DNA of 64,000 nt, from NCBI GenBank assembly GCA_001029735.1, contig CP011213.1:656298-720297 (forward strand), in the 5' to 3' direction. Source of the DNA: Berkelbacteria bacterium GW2011_GWE1_39_12 (lineage in GTDB: Bacteria; Patescibacteriota; UBA1384; UBA12157). How positions within the stretch are numbered: position 1 is the first letter of the stretch; every line of letters begins with the position of its first letter. Under the pieces are notes generated by a model. That model ran no database searches and was not told the origin of the DNA. It worked only from the letters and a program-made list of their open reading frames with translations. Positions 18,825 through 28,270 of this stretch are shown in pieces. Position numbers and translations under genes: made by a program.

Positions 18825-19615
18825 TGAAAAAATATTTTTTAATTAATTGGATCATTTTTAAAAACGCTTATATTCGCGATAAGAAAGTGCCAGGCGCGGT
18901 TTTTGCTGGCGTTATGTTTCACTTAGTAGATATTGCGATGATTATAATATTTTTTAATATTATTTTTTCTAACACTTCCAGCTTGGCTGGTTGGAACTTT
19001 TATCAGGTTCTATTTTTATACGCTTTTGCAAAATGCATCGTTTCTATAAACAGCGGGTGGATAAAAGGTGGCTTGAATGACTTTGCCACAGAATTAATTA
19101 GACGAGGTGGTTTTGACTTTTTTATGACTAAACCAGTTAATCCGATGATCTTAGTATCTATGAGCCGTCCAAGATTATACGCATTTATCGCGGGGATATT
19201 TGAGGTCGGATTATGCTTTTACGCAATTTTTGCTGGACATATTAACATAGGGTTAGCAAACATTTTTTGGTTTATTATCTTAGCGATTTTGGTAAATATG
19301 CTTTATTATTTCTTGCAAGTTCTGACAGTCGTACCCGCTTTCTGGTTTATTAAGCTTTGGTCCTTGCAGGATTTAATGAGCCGTTTTAATCAAGTGATGC
19401 GCTATCCTGCTGGTGTTTTTCCGCCGGTTATTCGTTTTATATTAATGAGCGTTTTCCCGATCATAGCCATATCATTTATCCCGGCTCAAACGCTTTTTTA
19501 TCCACCTAAAATAGAGTATATTATCTATATCATATTAATTACTTTAATCTTCGGCATGATAACAAATTTTCTTTGGAAGCTTGGTCAAAGTCGCTATTCC
19601 AGCGCATCGAGTTAA
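18824..19615 (+). CDS. ABC-2 family transporter permease (second of two)
   Basis: Start ATG at 18824 overlaps the upstream stop (ATAATG). Six hydrophobic helices. Confidence 0.55.
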   Translation: MKKYFLINWIIFKNAYIRDKKVPGAVFAGVMFHLVDIAMIIIFFNIIFSNTSSLAGWNFYQVLFLYAFAKCIVSINSGWIKGGLNDFATELIRRGGFDFFMTKPVNPMILVSMSRPRLYAFIAGIFEVGLCFYAIFAGHINIGLANIFWFIILAILVNMLYYFLQVLTVVPAFWFIKLWSLQDLMSRFNQVMRYPAGVFPPVIRFILMSVFPIIAISFIPAQTLFYPPKIEYIIYIILITLIFGMITNFLWKLGQSRYSSASS

Positions 19616-19618
19616 AAA

Positions 19619-20581
19619 ATGAATATTATTTCATCTAAAAATATTAGTAAAAAATTTGTTAAAACCACTTTTAGTTGGTCCAAATTTTGGCAGTTGCAAA
19701 AAGAAGAAAAAATTGCAGTTAAGGATTTAAACATAGAAATCGAAGAAGGTGAGTTTGTCGGATTTTTAGGCCCCAATGGAGCAGGTAAAACAACTTTCTT
19801 AAAAATGCTCTCTGGTATAATGCACCCAACCTCAGGGGAAGCGAAAGTTTTGGGTTTCACTCCGTGGGAAAGAGATCATAATTTTCTTCGCCAAATTGCC
19901 ATTGTTATGGGGCAAAAAAACCAACTTTGGTGGGATTTGCCGGCAATCGATTCTTTTAACATGTTGAAAGAAGTTTATTCGGTGCCGGAGGCGGAATTTA
20001 AAAAGAACTTAGAAATGATGATTGAAACATTGCAAATCAAAGATTTGCTCTCAAAGAGACTACGCAATATGTCGCTCGGCGAAAGAATGAAGTGTGAACT
20101 CGCAGCCTCGTTCTTGCATAGTCCAAAAATTATTTTTCTTGACGAACCAACTATTGGTCTAGATGTTGTTTCGTCTAAATCGGTTAGGGAATTCCTAAAA
20201 ACAATTAATCGCGAAAAGAAATGTACATTAATCTTAACCAGTCACTACATGGGCGATATTGAGGCGCTATGTAAACGAGTAATCATTATTGATAAAGGCG
20301 AAAAAATGTACGACGGTGACTTAAATGAACTTAAAACAAAATATGCGCCGGAAAAAAAGATCGAAATATTTTTAGAAAATTTAGAAGACAAAGAAAAATT
20401 CGCACATCTTGGTGGTAAAAAAAATATCATCGAAAATAAAGGCATTATTCACGCGCCAAAAGAAGAAATCGGTGCGATTGTTAAAGATGTCTTCACTCTG
20501 TTTAATGCGGAAAACATTATTATTTCTGAGGCTGATACAGAAGAAGTTATTACAAAAATTTTCAAATCAAAAAAATATTAA
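19619..20581 (+). CDS. ABC transporter ATP-binding protein
   Basis: Walker A GPNGAGKTT, signature LSLGERMKC, Walker B IIFLDEPTIGLD. Confidence 0.85.
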   Translation: MNIISSKNISKKFVKTTFSWSKFWQLQKEEKIAVKDLNIEIEEGEFVGFLGPNGAGKTTFLKMLSGIMHPTSGEAKVLGFTPWERDHNFLRQIAIVMGQKNQLWWDLPAIDSFNMLKEVYSVPEAEFKKNLEMMIETLQIKDLLSKRLRNMSLGERMKCELAASFLHSPKIIFLDEPTIGLDVVSSKSVREFLKTINREKKCTLILTSHYMGDIEALCKRVIIIDKGEKMYDGDLNELKTKYAPEKKIEIFLENLEDKEKFAHLGGKKNIIENKGIIHAPKEEIGAIVKDVFTLFNAENIIISEADTEEVITKIFKSKKY

Positions 20582-20582
20582 A

Positions 20583-21314
20583 ATGAAAAAATTTATTTTA
20601 GTCGGTCTCTTGTTTATAACGCTAGCATTGGGGCATTTTGTTGGTAATCAAAACAATAATAAGAATTTTATTACCGAAAAAAATCCGAAAAAAAACGATC
20701 AAGAGAAATTACCCGTTATTAAAGAGACGCAAGAAGCAGCAATTCCTAAAGAATATTTGATCAGAAATGTTCCGTTTATTTCTCAAGCGCCTTTTGCAAA
20801 TTGGGATGAGTTACATGACGAAGCTTGTGAAGAAGCCTCGCTTGTTATTATTGATTATTATTTAAGCGGAAAAGATTTAAATGCCGATTTGGCTGAAAAG
20901 GAAATAAAAGAACAAGTGAACTGGGAATTGAATTTTTTTGGTTCGCACAGAGATTTAAATACCAACGAAGTTGTTACTTTAGCAGAAAATTATTACAATA
21001 TGCATAATTTAACTGTAAAAAAAATAAATTCGATTGACGATATTAAAAAAGAAATAAGCCAAAATCATTTAGTTATTGTTCCTGCTGCAGGCCGCGATTT
21101 AAAAAACCCAAACTATCGTTCACCTGGGCCGATTTATCATATGCTAGTAGTTTCTGGATATGATGAAAATCATTTTATTACTCAGGACGTTGGTACTAAG
21201 CGAGGACAGAACTATATTTATGATGAGGATGTATTGTTTGATGCTATTCATGATTGGACGGGAACTGGTGATACGATTGAAAGTGGAGCGAAGAATACTA
21301 TTATAGTGAATTGA
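20583..21314 (+). CDS. Secreted or membrane-anchored protein with C39-like peptidase domain (Peptidase_C39_2 / YvpB-like)
   Basis: Signal/TM segment, then VPFISQ...DEACEEASLVIIDYYLSG (Q...C...SL..Y.G pattern) and HMLVVSGYDENHFITQDVG (H.vV.GYD pattern), the catalytic Cys/His arrangement of C39-like domains. Confidence 0.5.
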   Translation: MKKFILVGLLFITLALGHFVGNQNNNKNFITEKNPKKNDQEKLPVIKETQEAAIPKEYLIRNVPFISQAPFANWDELHDEACEEASLVIIDYYLSGKDLNADLAEKEIKEQVNWELNFFGSHRDLNTNEVVTLAENYYNMHNLTVKKINSIDDIKKEISQNHLVIVPAAGRDLKNPNYRSPGPIYHMLVVSGYDENHFITQDVGTKRGQNYIYDEDVLFDAIHDWTGTGDTIESGAKNTIIVN

Positions 21315-21396
21315 CTTTATTTCTGACTCTGATAAAATAGAGATATAGGTTTTTAAAAATTTTAAATCGGAAGATTTATTCTTATGGAGAAATACA

Positions 21397-22887
21397 ATGT
21401 TGAATTTAATTATTTACGTAGCGGCTGCTGCAATTGGCGGTTCTGCTTTGGGTTATGCCGGTCGCATTTATATTGCAAAAAAACAAAAAGATTTATCGGA
21501 TCAGAAGCAAAGAGAAATAATTTTAGAGGCTAAAGACGAAGCCCTTAAGATTCGTGAAGAAGCTAAGAAAGAAGAAGAAAAATTTAGAAAAGAAATCCAA
21601 GAACTCGAACGTAATCTTCGCCGACGCGAGGAACTTTTGGATAAAAGAATTGAAAATAACGATTTAGACCGTGATAATTTGAAGAAAAAGGAACAGGAAA
21701 TTGATAAGATCAAAACTGAAATCGGTCAAATCAAAGACAAGCATCAGCAGACCTTAGAAAAAATTGCGAAGATCAATAAAGAAGAAGCTTTGCAAATATT
21801 GCTTAAGAATATCGAAAAAGAATACAAAGAAGATTTAATTCGCAAAATTAAAGAACAAAAAGAGATTGCTAAAGAAGAAGCGCAGACGGTTGCCAGAGAA
21901 ATTTTGTCGACCGTGATCCAGAGATTGGCGTCGGAGCATACTGTTGAGACAACGACAACCGCAGTTCATATCCCTTCAGATGAAATGAAGGGGAGAATTA
22001 TTGGTCGCGAAGGTCGCAATATTCAGATTTTTGAAAAAGAAACTGGTGTTGATTTAATTATCGATGATACTCCCGACACGGTTATTATTTCCGCTTTTGA
22101 TCCAATTCGTCGACATGTGGCGAAGGTGGCTTTAGACAAATTAATTGCTGACGGCAGAATCCATCCGACCAGAATTGAAGAATTAGTCAAAAAAGCCAAA
22201 GAAGAAATAGGTCAGCAAGTCAAAGAAGCCGGTGAAGCGGCAGCTTACGAAGTTGGTGTGGCAGGGCTGCATCCGGACTTAATTAAAATTTTGGGTCGGT
22301 TAAAATTCAGAACCTCTTATGGCCAAAACGTTCTACAGCATTCGATAGAAACGTCTCAGATTGCTGGCCTATTAGCAGCTGAACTTGGTGCCGATGTTAA
22401 TTTGTCGAAAAAAGCTGGACTTTTGCACGATATCGGTAAGGCTGTGGATAGTGAAATTCAAGGTGCCCATCACCATATTAGTTATGACATTGCCAAAAAA
22501 TACGGCATTTCTGAAGATGTTTGTCATGCCATTTTGGCTCATCATGATGATGTTGAAGCTAAAACCGTTGAGGCTATCGTGGTCAAAGCGGCAGATGCGA
22601 TTTCATCAAGCCGACCTGGGGCAAGACGAGAAAGCTATGAAAATTATATTAAACGTCTAGAAGAATTAGAAAATATTGCAAACTCTTTTCCGGGTGTGGA
22701 AAAAACTTTTGCGATTCAAGCTGGCCGTGAAGTTCGTATTATTGTGAAACCTGAAGCGATAGATGACTTGAGCGCAATTCAGCTTTCAAAAAATATTGCT
22801 AAGAAAATTGAACAAGATTTACAATATCCTGGTACGATTAAGGTCAATGTTATTCGTGAAACTCGCGCGGTAGAATTCGCAAAATAA
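21397..22887 (+). CDS. rny: Ribonuclease Y
   Basis: N-terminal TM helix, long coiled-coil, KH motif GRIIGREGRNIQ, and HD domain (HSIETSQIAGLLAAELG...LLHDIGKA). Confidence 0.9.
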   Translation: MLNLIIYVAAAAIGGSALGYAGRIYIAKKQKDLSDQKQREIILEAKDEALKIREEAKKEEEKFRKEIQELERNLRRREELLDKRIENNDLDRDNLKKKEQEIDKIKTEIGQIKDKHQQTLEKIAKINKEEALQILLKNIEKEYKEDLIRKIKEQKEIAKEEAQTVAREILSTVIQRLASEHTVETTTTAVHIPSDEMKGRIIGREGRNIQIFEKETGVDLIIDDTPDTVIISAFDPIRRHVAKVALDKLIADGRIHPTRIEELVKKAKEEIGQQVKEAGEAAAYEVGVAGLHPDLIKILGRLKFRTSYGQNVLQHSIETSQIAGLLAAELGADVNLSKKAGLLHDIGKAVDSEIQGAHHHISYDIAKKYGISEDVCHAILAHHDDVEAKTVEAIVVKAADAISSSRPGARRESYENYIKRLEELENIANSFPGVEKTFAIQAGREVRIIVKPEAIDDLSAIQLSKNIAKKIEQDLQYPGTIKVNVIRETRAVEFAK

Positions 22888-22915
22888 GTCCGCCAGCAGG
22901 CGGAAAGGAGGGGAA

Positions 22916-23191
22916 TTGACAAAAGACGAACTTATTGCGAAGGTGTCAGAAAAATCAAATACTTCTATTTCCGAAGCGACTGCTATTATCGATGCTTTTA
23001 CTACACAAATAAAAGATCAACTTTCGAAAGGCGAGAAAGTTACTATCTCTGGCTTTGGTGCATTTATGCTCTCGAAACGCGGCCCTAAAACTTTTGTAAA
23101 TCCAAAAAACGGTAAATCAATCGATCTGCCGGAAAGAAATTTACCGCATTTTAAGGCCGGCCCTACTTTTAAAAAGTTTTTACAAAAATAA
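22916..23191 (+). CDS. hup: DNA-binding protein HU
   Basis: TTG start after SD GGAAAGGAGG. MTKDELIAKV...ISGFGAF...FKAG matches the HU/IHF fold. Confidence 0.85.
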   Translation: MTKDELIAKVSEKSNTSISEATAIIDAFTTQIKDQLSKGEKVTISGFGAFMLSKRGPKTFVNPKNGKSIDLPERNLPHFKAGPTFKKFLQK

Positions 23192-23195
23192 GAAG

Positions 23196-23447
23196 TTAAT
23201 CTCTTTCAGCTTCTTCTTCAATTTGTTCTAAGAGTTTATAATAATTTGGAATTTCTTTGAGGTGAGCAAAAGCGATTTTGCCAGTTAAAATAGGATCGTC
23301 GTTTGTAATGTTTGTTTCTGGGTCGTGAGAACCATGTTCCAACTCCACATTCATGCCTAAAGTAAATTCTTCCAAACTAAAAACGTCCCAATCAACACCA
23401 ATACGATCTCCAGTTTCTTTTGCTTGTTCGTTTGCGAAGTGATTCAT
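23196..23447 (-). CDS. Hypothetical small acidic protein
   Basis: 83-aa ORF, convergent with hup, with no recognisable motif. Confidence 0.35.
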   Translation of the reverse strand: MNHFANEQAKETGDRIGVDWDVFSLEEFTLGMNVELEHGSHDPETNITNDDPILTGKIAFAHLKEIPNYYKLLEQIEEEAERD

Positions 23448-23861
23448 ATGTTCTCCTTTTATTGATTATTGGTCGAGAACCTCATACTGTCTTTGAGCTC
23501 GCTCGACACTTATTATCTAACCACAACTTGATACTGCAATTCAATACTGAACTGGGCAAATTACTATCCACTAAAAACTCTGGCAATTTGCAACCGACAG
23601 TAGTATATTACAGTTATGAGCGATGATAACAATGACATTTTAAGTATGCTTGAGCAAGGAAGTAGCGAGCCGACCGATACATCTGGCGATGCTGGTTTTG
23701 TTGGCGTTGGTGACAATGGTGAAACCATTACATTGGGCGAAAAGACAGGGTGCACACAAGATATCAAGTCGGGTGACAACCAGAAACGGTAAGCACTTTT
23801 TGTTTGAACTAAGCATAAACAACTGCACTAAATATTTAATAAATAAATGGATGGAGGATTG

Positions 23862-24251
23862 ATGGGCGACGAATCAATGAGCGGATATTCACCAGAACAA
23901 AAAGAGCGTAATTTTGCAGCATTTGTTTATCTTACAGCGCTGTTTCCAGGCGACCTTGCTTGGGGCGCTTATGCTGTATTTGGCTATCTTCAAGGTAGCA
24001 AGCAACTGCCAAAATTTGTTGAATTCCATCTCAATCAGTCAAAGAAATTTCTTCTTTGGAGTTGGCCAATTCTTGTACTCATTTTACTACCAATCGCTTT
24101 AATGATGATAATTCCGACGCTTAGCAACAATCTGCTTTATGTTGGTACAGCACTTGCAGGTGTCTGGCTTGTTGTTATTTTCTCCGTTACTATCAAGGCA
24201 ATAGTGGAAGCACGAGCTGGCCGTTGGACAAAACTCTGGCCGAACAAGTAA
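23862..24251 (+). CDS. Small membrane protein, DUF4870-like
   Basis: SD GGAGG 6 nt before ATG 23862. EQKERNFAAFVYLTALFPG...FHLNQS followed by two TM helices resembles the DUF4870 pattern. Confidence 0.4.
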   Translation: MGDESMSGYSPEQKERNFAAFVYLTALFPGDLAWGAYAVFGYLQGSKQLPKFVEFHLNQSKKFLLWSWPILVLILLPIALMMIIPTLSNNLLYVGTALAGVWLVVIFSVTIKAIVEARAGRWTKLWPNK

Positions 24252-24282
24252 CCTCTCAAATTTTTCGTTTTTCAATACAACT

Positions 24283-24307
24283 AATCCCTCGCAAGGGGAT
24301 TTTTTGG
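24283..24307 (+). terminator. Rho-independent terminator after the DUF4870-like gene
   Basis: ATCCCTCGCAAGGGGAT hairpin followed by TTTTTT. Confidence 0.5.
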
Positions 24308-24483
24308 TATATACCATATACAGTATCTATTGAGCAATTTGTTACTACATATGGTATTTGATTGTAAGTGACACCAGAGTATGAAAAACTACTCTCATTC
24401 TGTGTTAGTCGGGATGCGAGATTCGGGCTGTGGCTTTACTCACGACCGCGTGCCTAAAGGCAACGTCCCGTTTATTTACGATG

Positions 24484-24557
24484 TCGGGGATGCGAGATTC
24501 GAACTCACGACCTCATCGTCCCGAACGATGCGCGCTACCAGGCTGCGCTAATCCCCG
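24484..24557 (-). tRNA. tRNA-Pro (anticodon CGG)
   Basis: Reverse complement: CGGGGAT-TA-GCGCAGCCTGGTAGCGC-G-CATCG-TTCGGGA-CGATG-AGGTC-GTGAG-TTCGAAT-CTCGC-ATCCCCG-A. CCA not encoded. Confidence 0.75.
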
Positions 24558-24928
24558 ACATCGAAAATAAGAAACAGCAGGATGCGCGCTAGTATACTAG
24601 TTCTTACGAACGGGCAGGCTGCGCTACACCCCGAATAGCTCCAATTGTAATTTGAAAATGTTTTCAAATTTCTAAATCAAATCTTAACAGAGTTAATTAT
24701 ATCTTAAAATCAATTAAAATCAAATTAAAAACCCCTCATGTGAGGGGCTAGCCACTCTGTATTAAGTGGCTAAAGATGCGTCTTTCTTAAGATATTGCAT
24801 GATTGCTTTACCGATAGTACCGCTTGTCCCGTATTTGCACAATCAGATCTGTTTAGTCAGTAAACTCTTTCTGTTGAGACCAAAATATGGTAATATTTAT
24901 CTGTTAAAGAAATATTGCAAGGATTTAT

Positions 24929-25004
24929 GCCCTCGTAGCTCAATGGATAGAGCAAGCCCGTCCTAAGGGAGAGGTTGGCTGTTCGAATCAGCCCGAGGGC
25001 ACCA
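24929..25004 (+). tRNA. tRNA-Arg (anticodon CCT), anticodon stem with two non-canonical A/G pairs
   Basis: Acceptor GCCCTCG/CGAGGGC, T-arm GGCTG-TTCGAAT-CAGCC, anticodon loop GTCCTAA, encoded CCA. Only three Watson-Crick pairs in the anticodon stem. Confidence 0.6.
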
Positions 25005-25141
25005 GTGTATTTTCTTCAAAAAAAGAAAGGCCATAGGTGTAACTCCTGCCACCTTTAGGCATGCGGGCACCATTTACATTGCAAAAAATTCCTCGTATGA
25101 TTAGTATGAAATGTATGAATTACTAATCAAAAAGGCAAAAT

Positions 25142-25357
25142 ATGTTCGATTTTAAAAATATGCCTTGTGGCATAACCTCCATCGGTGAACGCGGTCAGGT
25201 TGTTATTCCTGTAGAAATTCGCGAAAAATTAAATTTAAAAAAAGGTGAAAAACTATTAGTCTTTTCCAAAGGCGATAATTTTATCGGCATGGTAAAAGCG
25301 GAAGAAATGGGCAAACATCTAAAAGAAATGCTTTCTAAAATAGAAGGGGATAAGTGA
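25142..25357 (+). CDS. AbrB/SpoVT-family small DNA-binding protein
   Basis: GQVVIPVEIREKLNLKKGEKLLV is the swapped-hairpin AbrB/MazE motif. The stop overlaps the ABC ATPase start (ATGA). Confidence 0.6.
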   Translation: MFDFKNMPCGITSIGERGQVVIPVEIREKLNLKKGEKLLVFSKGDNFIGMVKAEEMGKHLKEMLSKIEGDK

Positions 25358-26310
25358 TGGAAAAAGTCATCGATGTCAGTAATCTAGTTAAAAAATATGG
25401 CAATTTTACCGCCGTTAATGGGATTTCCTTCGAAGTTGAAAAAGGTGAGGTATTTGGACTTTTAGGCGAGAATGGTGCGGGTAAAACTACTACTCTGGAG
25501 ATGATCGAAGGTTTGAGAAAGCCGAGTTCTGGTGAGATAAGTGTTTTAGGTTTTGATATTAACAGTCATTTAAGAGAAATTAAAGAGAGAATTGGTGTTC
25601 AATTGCAGTCATCGGCCTATTATCATTTTTTAACCTTAAAAGAAATTTTAGATTTATTTAGCGGATTTTATAAAAAACATTCCGATCCAAAAGAATTGCT
25701 TAAAATGGTGCATTTGGAATCTAAAGCGAATAATTTTGTCGATAAAATGTCTGGTGGCCAACAGCAAAGATTTTCAATTATTGCGAGCTTAATCAATGAT
25801 CCGGAAATTGTTTTCTTAGATGAACCAACTACCGGTTTAGATCCGCTGGCTCGTAGACAAACTTGGGACATTATCTCAGAAATAAAAAAACAGGGTAAAA
25901 CTATTATTTTAACAACTCATTATATGGAAGAAGCGGAAATCCTTTGTGACCGCGTTGCTATAATGGAAAAAGGTAAGATTGTTGCGATGGATAAAACGCA
26001 TCAATTGATTGAACATACTAAGCATCCTTATAGAGTGGAATTTATTCTAGAAAAAGACAAGCCGGAAATTATTTCACAACTTCAAAAATCGTGTCGCTTA
26101 GATGAATGTGATATTAAAAAACTGCCAGGCAAAGAAGCGCATTATGAAATGAAATTAAAAACGCAGACCGATTTAAACGAAGCGGTTGGTTTACTACAAA
26201 AAGAAAATCCGGAAAGTTTAACTGTGGGACGGGCAACGTTGGAAGACGTCTTTATTGAATTAACCGGCAAAGCAATTGCTCAGGAAGAAGCGGAGGAAGA
26301 AAATGCTTAA
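25354..26310 (+). CDS. ABC transporter ATP-binding protein
   Basis: Walker A GENGAGKTT, signature MSGGQQQRF, Walker B IVFLDEPTTGLD. Confidence 0.85.
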   Translation: MMEKVIDVSNLVKKYGNFTAVNGISFEVEKGEVFGLLGENGAGKTTTLEMIEGLRKPSSGEISVLGFDINSHLREIKERIGVQLQSSAYYHFLTLKEILDLFSGFYKKHSDPKELLKMVHLESKANNFVDKMSGGQQQRFSIIASLINDPEIVFLDEPTTGLDPLARRQTWDIISEIKKQGKTIILTTHYMEEAEILCDRVAIMEKGKIVAMDKTHQLIEHTKHPYRVEFILEKDKPEIISQLQKSCRLDECDIKKLPGKEAHYEMKLKTQTDLNEAVGLLQKENPESLTVGRATLEDVFIELTGKAIAQEEAEEENA

Positions 26311-27385
26311 ATTGTTTTTAGCTAATTTAAAAATGATGGTACGTGGACGTCAGGCGTTGTTTTGGGCGTTGATGTTCCCTTTAATGTTTACAATTATTTT
26401 CGGGTTTTTCTTTGGTAGCGGATCGGGAAGCGTTGGCACAGTCGTTCTGATAAATAATTCTAATACAGAGTTGGCGCAAGGTCTTGATAAAGCTCTCTCA
26501 GAAAGTGATGTTTTGAAAGTTAGGAAAGGTGTGAACGAACAAGACGCAAGAGATTTATTAAAGAAGAATCAGATTGGCGCTATTATCGAGGTACCGGAAA
26601 ATTTTGGTGCGCCGATTCCGTCGGCACCGAAAAATATCAAAGTGATTGAAGATCCGGCAAATTCACAAGTGAACTCAGTTGTAAGCGGTTTTATAAATCA
26701 ATTTTTTATTCAAACTGACTATCAAATCAATCACATTCAACCGAGTTTTTCGATTGATGTCGAAAAAACTAATAATCGCACATTGAATTACTTTGACTTT
26801 GTTTTAATGGGTTTAATTGGTTTGGCCCTAATGAACTCGTCTGTTCAAGGCATTGCCATTACGATGGCTAATTATCGCGAAGATAAGATATTAAAGCGTA
26901 TTACCACGACGCCGTTAGCGCCTTGGAAATTTGTGGCTGCGGAAGTCCTTTCGCGTTTAATGTTAAACGTTTTGCAAATTGGTTTAATATTGCTAATTGG
27001 TTATTATGGTTTTAATGCACACATTTACGGAAATCTTGGTTTACTTTTAATTTTCTCATTAATTGGCGGTCTTCTTTTCCAATGTATCGGATTTATGATT
27101 GCTGCATTTGCCAAAACAACTGACGCTGCTCAAGGTATGTCTGTGGCTGTAACAATTCCAATGATGTTTTTAGCTGGCGTATTTTTTCCAATCGACCAGT
27201 TGCCAAAATGGTTACTAACTATTGTCCAGTATTTACCGCTTGCGCCATTACTTAGAATGGTTCGTACTATTGGTCTTGAAGCGGGTAATCCATTTTCTAA
27301 TCCTTTAAATATTGAAATTGTCATAGGTTGGATCGTTGTTACACTAGTAATCTCCATATGGAAATTCAGGCTTTCTGACGAGTAA
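26303..27385 (+). CDS. ABC-2 family transporter permease
   Basis: SD GGAGGAAGA before ATG 26303. N-terminal TM, large periplasmic loop, five C-terminal helices. Confidence 0.65.
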   Translation: MLKLFLANLKMMVRGRQALFWALMFPLMFTIIFGFFFGSGSGSVGTVVLINNSNTELAQGLDKALSESDVLKVRKGVNEQDARDLLKKNQIGAIIEVPENFGAPIPSAPKNIKVIEDPANSQVNSVVSGFINQFFIQTDYQINHIQPSFSIDVEKTNNRTLNYFDFVLMGLIGLALMNSSVQGIAITMANYREDKILKRITTTPLAPWKFVAAEVLSRLMLNVLQIGLILLIGYYGFNAHIYGNLGLLLIFSLIGGLLFQCIGFMIAAFAKTTDAAQGMSVAVTIPMMFLAGVFFPIDQLPKWLLTIVQYLPLAPLLRMVRTIGLEAGNPFSNPLNIEIVIGWIVVTLVISIWKFRLSDE

Positions 27386-27429
27386 AAGGAATTGATTTTT
27401 TCATGAAAATCTGATAGAATACATTGGAT

Positions 27430-27758
27430 GGGGCTGTATAGATTCGACGGGAAAAGTTCCTAATAATTTCAAGCCGAGCAGGTTACGAGTCTCGTAAAAT
27501 CCGTGACAAAATCAAACGAAAAACCTTCGTTTACCCCTGCTTTAGCTCTAGCTTAATCGCTTCGGCTAGCAGCGTCTCCTCATTTGTCGACTGAATGAAT
27601 GATACGAGGCGTTACAAATCAGTCTGCTGCTTATTGAGATATCTTTGGTAAATAGGCAAAAGAAAACGAAAGAACAATTTTGCTTCGCAAAATTTAAGCT
27701 TGTCAATGATTATTAATGCTTTTTTTGGACAGGAGTGCAATTCTCCTCAGCTCCACCA
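27430..27758 (+). ncRNA. ssrA: tmRNA (SsrA)
   Basis: 5' GGGGCTG...GATTCGACGGG matches the tmRNA tRNA-like 5' end. Internal tag reading frame ends ...GCT TTA GCT CTA GCT TAA (…PALALA*). 3' T-arm AGGAG-TGCAATT-CTCCT, acceptor CAGCTCC, then ACCA. Confidence 0.8.
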
Positions 27759-27791
27759 AATGAGAATCAGAAAATTTCTGGTTCTTTTTTG
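27759..27791 (+). terminator. tmRNA terminator
   Basis: GAATCAGAAAATTTCTGGTTC hairpin followed by TTTTTT. Confidence 0.55.
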
Positions 27792-27990
27792 TTGCTCGCA
27801 AACCAGATAATAGGGCTTATTTGAGGGGTGCAAACTTTTTCGTGAGAATTTACTATTATTTCGCCCGGAAACAGCAGTTGTTTACACTTTACCCGACTGG
27901 CACGATCAAGTTCCTTCCAGACCATGAGTTTTTGGTCGATAAACTTTAACGAGAAACGAATGAAGGTCTCTATGATTCTACCAATTTATA

Positions 27991-28100
27991 CCATTTCGAC
28001 GATTTTCGACCTTTTTCGACCAATACCGACAATTACCGACAATATCCGAGGTTTTTCGAGGATTTTCCACTATTTTCCATTAAAACCACTGTTTTCCAAT
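27991..28100. repeat. Eleven directly repeated 10-bp units (iteron array, consensus NNTTTTCSAC, grading into DnaA-box-like TTTTCCACT)
   Basis: Units read ccatttcgac, gattttcgac, ctttttcgac, caataccgac, aattaccgac, aatatccgag, gtttttcgag, gattttccac, tattttccat, taaaaccact, gttttccaat, at exactly 10-bp spacing. Confidence 0.7.
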
Positions 28101-28270
28101 GAAATTCAAATTGCATCAATGATCACAAGATCTTCGACACCTGTTTGGCGCCGTGTGCCGATTTGTGCACTCCTTGCAGCGTTGGTCCAACTCATGCTCG
28201 ACAGATACAAGTGCTTGAACTATAATCAATGTAATATTACCTACCTATTTAATTAAACGTGGGGGGGGGA

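Noticed and set aside
20409-20582. Upstream extension of the C39-like gene overlapping the ABC ATPase
   Set aside because: A signal-peptide-bearing start at 20583 right after the ATPase stop is far more plausible.
24766-24966. 66-aa ORF
   Set aside because: Overlaps the tRNA-Arg(CCT) gene and its promoter region.
27430-27758. Possibility that the tmRNA is a two-piece (permuted) form
   Set aside because: The 5' acceptor (GGGGCTG) and the 3' T-arm/acceptor (…CAGCTCCACCA) are collinear and about 330 nt apart, consistent with standard one-piece tmRNA.
27924-28256. 110-aa ORF
   Set aside because: Its low-complexity translation (…IFDLFRPIPTITDNIRGFSRIFHYFP…) is just the 10-bp iteron array read in frame.
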